NCBI RefSeq assembly: GCF_006345805.1 | Contig: NC_043008.1 | Coordinates: 69,130,001-69,194,000 of the forward strand | Direction of reading: 5' to 3' | Length of the DNA: 64,000 nt | Source: Octopus sinensis | Taxonomy: Eukaryota | In this document: piece by piece, positions 27,440 to 41,690 of the stretch | Layout of the letters: each line of letters begins with the position of its first letter | How positions within the stretch are numbered: the stretch's first letter is position 1 | Made by a program: the position numbers and the translations under genes | The notes under the pieces: generated by a model | The model's input: only the letters and a program-made list of their open reading frames with translations | The model's database searches: none | What the model was told of the DNA's origin: nothing

Positions 27440-27610
27440 TTGTTGAGTGGGAGGATAGCCGATTACATCGACCTCAGCCCTCAACTGACACTTATTTTAT
27501 TGACCCCGAAAGGATGAAAGGAAAACTCGACATCGGTGGAATTTGAACTCAGAAAAGGATGCCGGAAGAAATGCAGCTATGAACTCTGTTCGGCGCTTTA
27601 TACACTTTTC
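27440..27610 (-). mobile_element. SINE family A
   Basis: gaccccgaaaggatgaaagg...ggaatttgaactcagaa. Confidence 0.8.
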
Positions 27611-27619
27611 CAGATCTCA

Positions 27620-27701
27620 TCTGTCTATCTATTTGTCTCTGTCTGTCTGTCTGTCTCACTCTGTCTCTGTCGCTCTGTCTCTCTCTCTGTCTCTCTCTCT
27701 G

Positions 27702-27739
<38 letters not shown>

Positions 27740-27768
27740 CATATAAATATATACATACACGCATCTAC

Positions 27769-27799
<31 letters not shown>

Positions 27800-27925
27800 T
27801 ATATATGTATGTACACATATATACATGTATATATATTACATATATATATATATATATACATATATATATAATACCTATGCTCATATATACATGTATATAT
27901 TTTACATATTCATATTATACATATA

Positions 27926-27958
<33 letters not shown>

Positions 27959-27982
27959 GTGTGTGGTGTGTATACAAATATT

Positions 27983-28015
<33 letters not shown>

Positions 28016-28430
28016 AATATATACAATATACATATACACACACATGTATATGTATATATACAAATATATGTACATGTGTGTATATATTCACACAGACACA
28101 CAGACATAGAAACAGACACATACACACACACACCCATACACACTCACACACACTCACACACACGCACGCACGTATATTTAGTGAGAGATGTAGCTGAAAT
28201 AGATACGTGAAGAAGATTCGAGAGAGATACGAAAGATAGAGTGAAAGACACATATCTTTGGTAAGGTAGAGAACAGAATATAGAAAGACCAAGCGAACCA
28301 GCGAGAGAGAGAGAGATAGAGAGAGGGAGTGCGAGAAAGTGAGAGAAAGAAAGAGAAACAGGAGGGAGAGAGACTGACAGACAGAGACAGAGAGATTGTC
28401 AGAGAAAGAAAGGGATGAAAGTGACTGATA
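27620..28430. repeat. (CT)n/(TA)n/(CA)n/(GA)n compound microsatellite
   Basis: Direct. Confidence 0.92.
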
Positions 28431-28721
28431 GAGCTATGGAGGTCTCTGTATGTACGTATGTGTGTGTGGATGTGTTGGACAATATTTGTTCAGTTCGTTT
28501 AATATTCATCATCAAGTGATGACTATGGAATGAACCGTTGTAATCCTATGCTGACTGAATTGAGAGATTACAGAGACAGAAATGGAATCTGTAATAAAAT
28601 CTTTGTAGGGAGGCCAACAGATTTGAATAACACACACACACACACACGTGTGTGTGTGTGTATATATATATAGATATAGATAGATATATACACATAGATA
28701 GTTATGTATATATATATATAT

Positions 28722-28841
28722 ATCACCGTGATCACCGTGACCGACCAGGCTATGAGATGTTGCTACACATCGCTGGTCACAATTCACTTCGCATTGTTTT
28801 AGCCTTCAAATGACGCCACCCCGCTGGCTAAGCGAGTAGGC

Positions 28842-28845
<4 letters not shown>
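28722..28845 (-). mobile_element. SINE 3' end fragment (probably family E)
   Basis: atcaccgtgatcaccgtgaccgaccagg...aaatgacgccaccccgctggctaagcg between TA runs; family assignment is from recall of the consensus. Confidence 0.55.
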
Positions 28846-28884
<39 letters not shown>

Positions 28885-28904
28885 GCTATATACACATAGA
28901 TAGT

Positions 28905-28960
<56 letters not shown>

Positions 28961-29005
28961 CATATATATATATATGTATATATGCGTGTATATATATATA
29001 TGTTC

Positions 29006-29396
29006 TCTTCTTTTATTCTTTTACTTGTTTCAGTCATTTCACAGCGGCCATGTTGAAGCACCACCTTTAGTCGAGCAAATCGACCCCACGATTTATTCGT
29101 TGTAAGCCTAGTATTTATTCAATCTCTCTCTTTTGCCGAACCGCTAAGTTACGGGGACGTAAACACACCAGGATTAGTTGTCAAGCGATGTTGCGGGGAC
29201 AAACGCAGACACACAAATGTATACACACAGATACGTATGTGTATACGACGGGCTTCTTTCAGTTTCCGTCAACCAATCCACACACAAAGCTTTACACGAG
29301 GCTATAGTAGAAGACGCTTACCCAAGGTGCCACGCAGTGTGACTGAACCCGGAACCATGTGGTTGGTAAGCAACCTACTTAGAACACAGCCATTCC

Positions 29397-29397
<1 letters not shown>
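29006..29397 (-). mobile_element. SINE family B, near full length
   Basis: Reverse complement of the neighbouring 29430-29800 copy. Confidence 0.9.
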
Positions 29398-29427
<30 letters not shown>

Positions 29428-29429
29428 GT

Positions 29430-29798
29430 GCGCAGGAGTGGCTGTGTGGTAAGTAGCTTGCTAACCAACCACATGGTTACGGGTTCAGTCCCACTGCGTG
29501 GCATCTTGGGCAAGTGTCTTCTGCTATAGCCCCGGGCCGACCAATGCCTTGTGAGTGGATTTGGTAGACGGAAACTGAAAGAAGCCTGTCGTGTATATTT
29601 GTGTTTGTCCCCCTAGCATTGCTTGACAACCGATGCTGGTGTGTTTACGTCCCCGACACCTAGCGGTTCGGCAAATGAGACCGATAGAATAAGTACTGGG
29701 CTTACAAAGAATAAGTCCCGGGGTCGATTTGCTCGACTAAAGGCGGTGCTCCAGCATGGCCGCAGTCAAATGACTGAAACAAGTAAAAGAGTAAAAGA

Positions 29799-29800
<2 letters not shown>
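29430..29800 (+). mobile_element. SINE family B, full length
   Basis: gcgcaggagtggctgtgtggtaag (A box), gggttcagtccc (B box), cttgggcaagtgtc CORE-like segment, (gtaaaaga) tail. Confidence 0.92.
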
Positions 29801-29831
<31 letters not shown>

Positions 29832-30414
29832 TACACACACAGACTCACACATGCACACACACACACGCATATACAAATACATATATTGAAAGCTGTGTCT
29901 GTGTTTCTATTTGACAGTCTCCGAAAATGAGAAATGATTGACTGCGAGTCACACCTTCCAATGAATAGGATGATATTTTCCACCTGAAAGAATTGAGTTC
30001 TCCTTTCCCTTAAATATATGTACATAAATATGTACACATGCACACAGACACACGTATACACACATGCGCGCGGATCTGTGTGTGTGTGATATGCATTTAT
30101 AATATGCGCGCGCATATTGTACTTCAGTGAATTTCACACTACCTACACATACAGGAAAAGTACTCCAGCACACTTACACGCACACGCACATACACACACA
30201 CATCCACACGCTCTCACGCAGACACACACACACATACATTCAAGTGCACAATTACAATAATACGCACACACGCACGTAAATGTGTTCACCATTTTCTGTA
30301 ATAGTTTAGAATTAATCCACCAGAGAACACACGCATACACAGATACACGCACAGACGCATACACACAGAGTCACACACAGACACACTCATAAATGCAGAA
30401 TCACATTCTATGTA

Positions 30415-30466
<52 letters not shown>

Positions 30467-31057
30467 GACAGACATACGCGTACAAATATAAACATACACA
30501 TGTACAAACAAACAAACATATCAAAGCAACGTTTTTTTTTTTCACAACTTCAATGAAAATTATCAACACAAACCTAGACACAATTTTCCTCATAAACACA
30601 CTCACATAGCATATACACACCATCACACACGAACACACAAAAGCAATAAAACACCCCCAAAAAACAAAGACATACACACATTAATGATTAATGCAGATTA
30701 TTATTAATATGTGACAAATCTGATAATTTACGTAAATCAAGCATTAGGTCTAATTCTTTGATATTTTTCTATTCGTTCGTAACAAGTTGACATTTTCGCG
30801 GGAAATAAAATACCAAAAAATAACAGCAACAAAAAAGAAAGAAAGAAATAATAAAAAAACAGGCAGAAAGAAACAGGAAGAAAAATAGGAGAAAAAAATG
30901 GTGAAGAGAAAAAAAAATCAAAACTAGCGAAAATGCTGATTACAAAACTTGCGGTTTTGATATTTCCCCGTAATGAACTGAGTATGTATGTATGTATGTA
31001 TGTATGTATGTATGTATGTATGTATGTATGTATGTATGTATGTATGTATGTATGTAT

Positions 31058-31092
<35 letters not shown>

Positions 31093-31402
31093 AATGCATA
31101 CACACAAAATCCACACACACACGTGCATACATATGTATATATATCTATACACGCACACATACGCACGCGCACACACATATTTCTAAATAGATATACATAT
31201 ATACAAAGACAAACATTTATGTATACATATATAAATATATATGCATATATGTAAATATATAGATACAGATAGATTTATATATGCATATGAATAAATTTAT
31301 ATATGCATATGTATACACACACACACTCACACAGGCACACACATGTACACACATATATAAATGAACATACCTGTGTCCATTTCCTTACACACACACACAC
31401 AT

Positions 31403-31449
<47 letters not shown>

Positions 31450-31911
31450 TATACACGCACACACGCCACACACAGGCATGCACACACATGTACACACATA
31501 TATTCGTAATCCATAATTCTGATACCCAACTCCAATTTACATATCATCATACGAAAATCCTCTAAAACTTTTATGCTACTGAATATAGTACGTTGTTTGG
31601 CTATGCCAACGTGTGTCCACTGGTATCAATGTATTCACCACCTCCATTCGTCAGGCCTATTTTCGCAATTTATTTAGAAAGGTCTGATGAATATAGGAGT
31701 TTCATAAATTTTATAGAGAGTCACTTATGACCTACTTCTTACATGAAACCTGTAGTTGCCTACAAATGAATAATTGTGTTATATTCATAAATAATTAAAT
31801 AAATGAATAAATAAATATTTAGCTTTCCAACTAAATTGAGTTATCTCAATATTTACTGTCTTATATAATACAATAAACAGCCTCGCCTCAAATCTGCAAA
31901 TATGAATGTAC

Positions 31912-31947
<36 letters not shown>

Positions 31948-32037
31948 ATTTTGATTTTTGATTTTTCCAGTTTCAGCTAATGAGCTGTGGCCATGCTGGG
32001 GCACCGCCATTTATATATATATATATATATATATGAT

Positions 32038-32183
32038 AGGCACAGGAGTGCTTACCAACTACATGGTTCCAAGTTCAGTCCCACTGCTTGGCACTTTGGG
32101 CAAATGTCTTCTACTCTCGCCTCTCGGATCGACCGAAACTTTGTGAATGGATTTGGTAGACGGAAACTGTAAGAAACCCTTCG

Positions 32184-32281
<98 letters not shown>

Positions 32282-32490
32282 TTTGTGTGTCTTTGTTTGT
32301 CCCTGCAACATCGCTTGACAACAGATGTTGGTGTGTTTACTTCCCCGTAACTTAGCATTTCGGCAAAAGAGAGCGAGAGATTAAATACTAGGCTTACAAC
32401 GAATAAATCGTAGGGTCTGTTTGCTCGACTAAAGGCGCTGCTTCAGCATGGCCGCAGTCAAATGACTGAATCAAATAAAGGAAGAAAAGT
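32038..32490 (+). mobile_element. SINE family B with expanded internal (TG)n
   Basis: Colinear with 29430-29800. Confidence 0.88.
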
Positions 32491-32512
32491 ATATAAATAT
32501 ACAATATATATA

Positions 32513-32545
<33 letters not shown>

Positions 32546-33641
32546 CATTTGTGCGTGTGTGTTGGTTTGTTTGTGTGTACGTGCGTGTGTGAACAGTATA
32601 GAATTCCTTCTACGAATTTCAAAGTTTCAATATATTACGTACAAAAACTGAAATGATTACTTGAAGAATGATTACTGACCATATCGACTTCCCTAGACAG
32701 AACAAAAGTATCCAATTAAAGACATCGGTATCTTGCACCGAACTCTACATTCGTCTGAGGACGACTTCATAGTCACGTTACTGGTAACCTGATATTTCAC
32801 TTTTACATTAATGGTTTGGTTTATAATATATTTCATATTTCACCAACACTATCGATCCTTATTTTAATTTGACATGTTTGATCAAGAAGTTTCTGTCCTC
32901 TTTCAAATCCCATAGACATTATACTGAAATATAAATTTTTACACATGTGCATCTGTGCAAACGCATTTATGTGTTTGTGTATGATTCTGTATTGGGGACA
33001 TATAAAAATTTACAAGCGACACGATCACCAAAACCGTTACACTACACCATAGTAAAGTCTAAACGGAAAAACACGTTGCAGCAATGTCTTTGAAGTTTCA
33101 GCGATAACGTTTCGTCAAACAGTGAGGAAGAGAAGACAATATAGGTTTAAATATGGGTGAAAATAATAAAAGAAATGGTGATTTACTGAAGATAGGAGAG
33201 GCTAGAGCATTATAGAAAAATATAGATAACGCAGTTTATGCTAAATTTGAGTAAGTGTGAAGTCAAAATAACGGAATTACTTAACGGAAATGATTTCTGT
33301 TAAATGGAAAATTTCCACTAGATATATCTCCTTCCTGCTGTTAACTAAATAAACCTTATTATGTCTATTTGCTGTTTGTCTTCTCCGGTTACACGACCGG
33401 ATCTATACACGCTTTATACCTTTTAACCGTAACCGATACATAACTTATCATTTGCATTTCGTCTATGTATTTATTTATTTATTTATAGTATATTTGTGTT
33501 GATTGGAAATCGTTCGCTAACTGGCATATACATATATATATACATATATGCATACATGAATACATGAACACATACATAAAAATATTCATATATATATATA
33601 TATACATTATATATATGAATATATAGGTATATATATATGTA

Positions 33642-33745
<104 letters not shown>

Positions 33746-34097
33746 ATGTATATGTAAACACACACATATATATAAGTATATTTTGGTGTGTGTATGTATG
33801 TAATTTTTCCGGCGTCTAGACTTTTCTAGTGCCTCCCACCTTCGAAAAGTTCTTCTTTCCTTATGCTATTTCTCAGTACTATTTAAACGTCTATTGCTTT
33901 TAATTCTTCAGTGTATGACAAGCTGTTATTGGCGAAACATTGAAGTGACAGTTGCTATGTATTTCTCTCGAATGACGCAAACGCACACACACAAACACGC
34001 ATATATACATATTCTATATGTGTGAGTATATGAGTCTTGATGGAGTATGTATTTATAAGTTTGATTGTATACGTTTCAACATGTGTCTAAGACTTAC

Positions 34098-34158
34098 CTG
34101 GTAACCTACTCTAGTGAGATGTTATCATGTACATCTTCAAACAGATAGTGACAACTCG
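34098..34158 (-). other. Candidate 61-nt non-coding exon
   Basis: Acceptor tttcgttatctctgtcag| and consensus donor CAG|GTAAGT; all three frames contain stops. Confidence 0.3.
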
Positions 34159-34617
34159 CTGACAGAGATAACGAAACATTAAAATTTAACGCCGTTCAAG
34201 AGACAACCGCCATTCGCATCATCTTAGTCTGAAGAAAACTTTGCTTAACATGGAACTTAAAATCATGAGAAAGTACTTTTATCTTACATACGCATGTGCG
34301 TGTAAGTATGAATGCGTGCGCGTGTGCATATATACTAAGAATACATAGGATATTTGGATTTATTTTGAAGTGTGTAAACTTGACATATTTCCCTCGTGTC
34401 AAACACTTCAAGCGATCTACTTCACAATTGTATGCATAAAACTTAGAAATATGATTTTTTTCCCGATTTCTTCAAGTTTTTACTGAAGTTAATGCATTAA
34501 TGTGATAGTCTCGTTGTATCTTCAAAATATTTCACTATGTAAATATACATATATACATACATACACACATACAGACACACACACATACACACTCATACAC
34601 ACACACCTATACACACA

Positions 34618-34670
<53 letters not shown>

Positions 34671-34753
34671 CACATACATAATGTGTATATATGTGTATGT
34701 ATGCATATATATATATGTATATATACATATATATGCATATATATATATATAAG

Positions 34754-34801
<48 letters not shown>

Positions 34802-35190
34802 TTACCTTGTTTCAGTCATTTGACTGCGGCCATGCTGGAGCACCGCCTTTTAATCGAGCAACTCGACCTCGGGACTTATTCTTTTGTAAGCCCAGTACTT
34901 ATTCTATCGGTCTCTTTTGCCGAACCGCTAAGTAACGGGGACATAAACACACCAGCATCGGTTGTCAAGCAATGCTGGGGGGACAAACACAGTCACGCAT
35001 ATACATATATATATATACATATATACGACGGGCTTATTTCAGTTTCCGTCTACCAAATCCACTCACAAGGCTTTGGTTGGCCCGAGGCTATAGTGGAAGA
35101 CACTTGCCCGAGGTGCCATGCAGTGGGACTGAACCCAGAACCATGTGGTTGGTAAACAAGCTACTTACCACACAGCCACTCCTGCGCCTA
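34802..35190 (-). mobile_element. SINE family B, full length
   Basis: Reverse complement colinear with 29430-29800. Confidence 0.92.
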
Positions 35191-35609
35191 TGTAACAAAT
35201 ACATAAACGTACATATATATATCTACGCATATATATATATATATATATATATACATGCACGTATACATATGTATATACATATCTATATATATATATATAT
35301 ATAGTGATAGAATGGGAGTAATGATATTGAAAAAACGCAGTTTAAATTTGATTTAAAGCTAAGAAGTATCTTACATCGAAGTTTGCAATAATTGCATTTA
35401 AATTTTGATGATTTCATTGTAGCTGAGTGTAGATTTACTTTGATTATATTAAAAATAAACATTGTACATTCTTACAAAAATACATAGAGGTGTATATAGA
35501 AGGGTATGTGTGTATGACGTATTTTTGTATGGCTGTACGTATTCAGTGTACTGTATGTATATATAATTTGATATGCAGACACAACTACCCTATAAGTAAG
35601 AATATTTTC

Positions 35610-35684
35610 TCATCGTAGTCTATTGTAATTGGTATGACATCTACAGATCGTAGATGTCCTACCAGTTACAATAGACCACAATGA
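35610..35684. ncRNA. pri-miRNA-like hairpin (35-bp stem, 5-nt loop)
   Basis: Pairing checked base by base: 31 Watson-Crick pairs, 1 G-U and 3 mismatches on the plus strand. Confidence 0.35.
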
Positions 35685-36669
35685 CATGGCATATTTGATC
35701 CGTTTCAATTGGCCTTCTTACTATGCTAACGTTCGGTATTTTACACTTAACAATTTCCAGCTGATCTCCAAGAACTTTCTGTTGTCGTAAATCTTGTATT
35801 AGTCAGCCAAGAGTGAAACATATAACACATACCCGTGTTGAGCAAGGTATTTACGAAGTTGGTCTCTTTGTTCTTGATTCTGTTCTCGGTTGACCTTGAC
35901 ATTACCGTCATGAATGATTTCCTGCCGTTTCCTTCAAATGGCTTCCAAAGTGTTCCAGTTGAAGCAAATGGAATGCGCTATGGAATATCAATTCTTCTAA
36001 TTTCCTGTTTCAAACTACTACATACAAACATTCACAGGAAAATACAAACTAACATCCCAGCCAGAGTTCTCTCTCTTCAAAACACTTTTACTGATTTGCT
36101 AGAACTATGTATTACTCCTATCCAAGACCATCTAAAACTTACCTCTCGTGGTCTTTCTGCTCCTGCTACTCCCCTCCTCAGAATCATACGCATAATTGGA
36201 AACCCTCCCTCTTAGCCTATTTTCTCCACCTTGTAACACTTAAAAGACATTGAGTTGGGGAAAACTAGAAATGTTACAGACTTAACCACGTTTTGATCTA
36301 AAGTATAATTTAAAGGACTAACTGAACTTGGTGACGTAAGCTATCGAAACACGTCCATTTTACAGTTTTCTCACTAATACTTCAAAGATCAACTTCTTGT
36401 ATCGCACCCTCACTCTCATGTGTCTATTTTCTGCTTAGTTTAACTGGATTATTCAATATTAGATACCTGATCATAAATATAGCTTCTGATACGATATTCT
36501 ACCATTTTGGAGGTTTGTTTTAACTAATACTATCGTCCATCTTTGAGCTGACAAAGAAATGTACTGGATAAGTAAGTCAATAATACCCGGAAAATGATTT
36601 TAAAAATCTCGATGGACGTACTAATAGTAGGATTCCAGGTACAATCTTCAGGTTTAACCTTCAATTTTT

Positions 36670-36930
36670 GTTAGATAAAATTTTAATCAATTAGGTAATG
36701 ACAATTATATCAATTATATAATTACAATTTAATCAAATATATAATAACACTTTAATCAATAAGAAATACAATCTAATTAGATAATGACAATTTAATCAAT
36801 CGACTAATGACAATTTAATTGATTTCTTAATGAGGAATTTAATCAATTAGATAATGGCATTTTAATCAACAGAAATTACAATTTTAATTAGAAAATGACA
36901 ATTTAATCAATTTGACAATGACAATTTAAT
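36670..36930. repeat. Degenerate ~23-bp AT-rich minisatellite (aatgacaatttaatcaattagat)
   Basis: About 11-12 recognisable units. Confidence 0.8.
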
Positions 36931-37359
36931 CCGTGACAAGGTTTTTAAAAATATTAATTAGAAAATTGGAATTTTATCAAACTGTAAAAAAAAAATTAAG
37001 AAAGAAAATTAGAAAATCTATTATCTAGAATTAGACATATCTTAAATTGTTTTCAATAATCTTGGTGCCCTAAATTTATTGAGGATTTTTAAACAGGATT
37101 AAGCTGTATTAGGAACATTATCAGGATTATGAAGATGTATCACCTAAAGCTGGGTTTTAAAATTCTTCTTTGTCATACTTCAACTTTTATTTATAGAATC
37201 ATTTGATCTTGGAACTACCAACTAGACCAATCTGAACTAAAGAATAAAATCAATGTAAAACAGTAGTCCGAAAAATTCATGTCTGCACCAACAACTGCTT
37301 CAGCATAAACATTTCATAAAATGGAAATAATGGAATTAAATCTATCAAAACAGAACCGT

Positions 37360-37945
37360 GTTTGCCAAGCCATGTTTTGCTATGCCCTGTCTGGTCAAAC
37401 TAATCGAAACTACCCCAGGCAGGTCGAAATGAGTCAAGCTACGATAAACTAAGCCAAATTAGACCAAGCCAAGCAAAGCAAGGCTAGTCCAATCCAGTCC
37501 AATGCAAGCCAGTGCAAGATGAGACAAGCCAAGCGAAGCCAAATTAGGCGATCCAAACCAGGAAAAGCCAAACCCGGCCAACTAAGCTGACTTAGGCCAA
37601 TTTAAGTTAAGCCATGCTAAACCAAATCCGATCAAAGAAAGCGAAGACAAATCAACTTAATCAATACCAGGCTAGGCGAAGGCAAGGCAAATCAATGTAG
37701 ACAAGCTAGGTCAAAACACGCAAGGCCAAAGCAAGTCAAAGCCAATCCAAAGCAAACAAATCAAAATAATTAGCCCAGGCCAAGACATGGCAAGCCAAAG
37801 CAAGCCAAGTCGAACCAGATAAATCCGTGAAAAGCGAACTCAAACCAACCGAGGGAAAGCCAAGCCAAGCCAGGCGAAGACCATTCAAAGACAAGGTGAC
37901 TTAAGAATAGTTGAGTTAAAATAAGCCAAGCGAAGCCAAGTTCAG
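37360..37945. repeat. Degenerate pentanucleotide (AAGCC)n array
   Basis: 5-nt register (aagcc/aagca/aggct/agtcc/aatcc...) visible over ~580 bp. Confidence 0.8.
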
Positions 37946-38389
37946 ATAAACACGTGAATAATTCGTGAATCCAGTTGTCTTGTGAATGTTTACAAACATG
38001 AAATAATTACACGCTTTACAGTCTTTCTCTGACAGCAAAATGAAATCAGATTGAGAGCTAAGTGTGTCAATAACGAGATACACATACTAAAAGAACATCT
38101 AGTGTGACTGCAACAAGAACCATTGACCTCTTGTCTGGCAATCTAATCTGCTACCAACTATACCATCGACAATCTCACAGCAATGACATATGAATTTGAA
38201 ATTCAAAATCTGTTAAATAATTAATTCTGCTGTAGCGTGTGCTATTTGTGGTAAATTTTGATATTTAACGCTAGAGTTCCATCGAACTGAATATATGTGC
38301 CATGCTACAGCAGATGGCAATAAAACAGACACTGTATTCTAATCGGCTTAATACAAAGCGTAAGGTAGCAATGCTATATTATATAACAT

Positions 38390-38730
<341 letters not shown>

Positions 38731-39554
38731 ACACACAACGATATATTAATACTAATAATAATAGTAACATCGGTACTATTCCCATGGAAACACTTCAGTA
38801 ATCTGAATGCGTAATGTTTGCAAATACATTCTGATTATATATTGATAATTATTATCGGTATATATTTGCAATCAATACTTACTGTATGCTAATAATAATG
38901 ATAACAGTAGCCAGGTTTAGTAGGTTAGTGATTGTGCAAATATCTGCAAAAATCTGATTGGCAATAAATACTTGTATGATGGAGGTCCAAGCCCGTAACT
39001 TTACTATCTTTATTTCATCTCACGACCTACTAACTAATAATTATTGCGTGTATATGTGTATTCATATGAATGTGTGTGTACAAGTGTGAGTCGGTGTATA
39101 CGTGTATGTCTGTGTGTTGACATTAATTATTGCTTTTCAACTTAGTATTCGCAGTTCGGTCTTTGAAAACAAGAAACTGCTATCAAGATTAAGGTTTCTT
39201 TATTGATTAGCATCGGAACCATGTTTATATTCGAAAAATCAGAAATCTGATGACAATTAGAGATCGAACAGATTGAAACATAAAGTAGACATAAATATTG
39301 TAAGTATGCACTCTAGAGAGATGGCCAGTAGTGTTTAATATCAAATTATCTAAACAACTCTACTTGTTTCAGATATTTAGATATTTAATGCTTTCTTGTG
39401 CTCTCAACTCTTGGTGAAGTGTGGAGGCGTCGTCGTAACAAACGGTGTATCTTGGGTATAGAGCCCACCCTTCATTTGGTTTGAACTTTGCTGATTTCTT
39501 CCAAAGAGAAACAGACGGAATAAGAATAAATCTCAATATATTATACTGGTAATT

Positions 39555-39740
39555 TAAGGTGGCGAGCTGGAAGAATGGTTAGAACGCCGAGCAAAATCCT
39601 CAGTGGCACTTCGTCTGCAAGGTAGCAGAATTATTACCGCTCTGGAGAAATTGCTTAGCGGCATTTGTCCGTCTTTATGTTCTGAGCTGAAATGCTACGA
39701 GGCCAACGTTGCTTTTGATCGGGAACTCAGAAGGGACTTC
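39555..39740 (+). mobile_element. SINE family A with duplicated head
   Basis: aaggtggcgagctggaagaatggttag... followed by a second gcagaatt...gcttagcggcatttg. Confidence 0.75.
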
Positions 39741-39899
39741 AGTGCCTACTTCTACAGCAGACCACGAATCTCACCATTGGAAACGAAGCTTGTGAAATGC
39801 CAATAATAGCCGTGAAAATAGCCCACACTTTTTTCTTTCCTGAACTCTTTCCAGTCATCATGGCGAGTTTAAGTGTGGGTTGTATAAATGTTCGTGGAT

Positions 39900-41690
39900 T
39901 GTTGTCGCCCTGGAAGCAAGTTCGCCTGCTCAGCAACCTCATTAGCTATAGATAGATATGACTGCTGTCTGCAAGTCAAGGATTTCCAGCTCACAAGATC
40001 TAGTCCCTGCTTTCAATGACTTTGAGATCTACGCAACCCCAAGCCTGCCTAGCCGAGAGAAGGAACCGTAGTGCTGTTTAGGAAAGGCCTGGATCTCAAG
40101 GTATGGATATCTCTGGGCACGGATGATAACTTGGTGTCCCTGGATGTGAGCAATAGTGAAGGTGGTTCTTTTAATCAAGTCACTGTGTACGCTCCGACTA
40201 TATCGGGGTAACTAAATTGCTTCAGACGTTTGTAGATTTTCCTTGAGACGTCTAGATTTCCCGATGGCGCCAATGTGAACTTTGGCAAACAGTGCCAGGT
40301 TTTCCAGTTGGTATCGACATAGAGTATCCCGCAGACCAGTAGACAGAAGTAGCATAAACTATACGTTATTCAAAGTTGTCGGCTACACTTTGGTAATGAG
40401 TACATTCGACCTAGTTAGTATCTATAGGCAGGGCTCCTGATACTGGAAACCAAGCGCATTTTCCCTCCCGCGTCAAGCTTTCAGACACTGGGGTAGTTGG
40501 TTATTCCATCGGAAGTTGTCGGGTGCAGTCGTCAACAACCTGTGGTGGATAGTGGTATTAGAGTAGAGGCGGTAGGTTTTAGTGAAGAAATACCTTTAGA
40601 GGAATCTAGATTAGAGGGAAGCCCAGTTAGAAAACTAGAAGAGGCACGTAAACGGGGCGATAGGAAGCTGCCCCTGAAAGGTTGGGTGAAAATGACGAAT
40701 GTGTATATCACTTCCTTCATCTACCATCCTGCTTCTTTGCTGATCAAACTGGACCATTCACTCTCCTACTTTTTGTTGAAAGGAAGAGTTATGCTTGTCA
40801 GACGTTCCATTTGCAGCCGCAACGTGGAAGGCAGGCGATTCCGTGGATAAATATCTGCAGACATGCTCATAGGCTGCGATACCTCCAGCGATTCCTTGAC
40901 GCTGAGTGGGTATGATCGCCATTTTTCAGACGATATTTTCCGCAGCTAGTATTATTGACGGAACTACAGTGCTGGATGAAACGTAAACCAAAAAAGAGCG
41001 CTTGGCACCTGAAGTATTTGGAAACACGCACAGCCCTCTGCTATGCGGGCAATGTTGTAGGTAGGCGATACGTGGCGGTCAACAGCGACGACGTCTTCGG
41101 GGAAATTCAGTTAACTGATCTTTCACGGTGGAGTTTCGGGGCGGGGGTCAATGGACAGTTTCCAGAAATCCCTGGTCTGGCAGTGCAACCGGGAGGCTCT
41201 GCCAGTTCGAAACAAGCTTTACAGAGATGGAGGTGCTGTCAGACAGACTATTCCGAGATGCGTGCAAGACGATGAAACTGCGCTTCAGGCATTCGTCTCG
41301 CCGCTTTCTTTTGACCTGGAGGGGCAGGTAATTTTTCTTTGTCAGGTGACTATGGTGAGTGAGGTGGTGTGATGGACAAGTTGAAATGATTGTAGAAAGA
41401 TATTTTCCTCTTCAGCCAGGCCCTCAATCAACTTTTATAGGTTCCACTTGAAAAGAAATGTGAGGTTAGAGAGGAAAGTTCTACTCCCTAGCATTTTCGT
41501 TGCAAAGTGGATGAATGTAGTGAAGATGACCTTCATAAATAGGCCTACTCTGAACATACGTCTTTTGGCTGGAGTGGGTGAGGAGAGAGTTGCTTGCCTG
41601 GGGTACCGTTGGTGATCGGGGTGGCCTGGATGTGCGGGGTTCGCTGACTGCCCCAGGTAGAACTCTCCCCTTTGGGGAATTTTTATTATC
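39900..41690 (+). mobile_element. Tx1/L1-clade LINE relic (APE endonuclease plus RT fragments)
   Basis: GTVVLFRKGLDL...LVSLDV...GGSFNQVTVYAPT (EN) and LIKLDHS (cf. ALINLDQSKAFD); internal deletions and stops. Confidence 0.7.

Noticed and set aside
39146-39299. Exon ending at a GTAAGT donor (39300)
   Set aside because: All frames closed from each candidate acceptor and weak exonic donor context.
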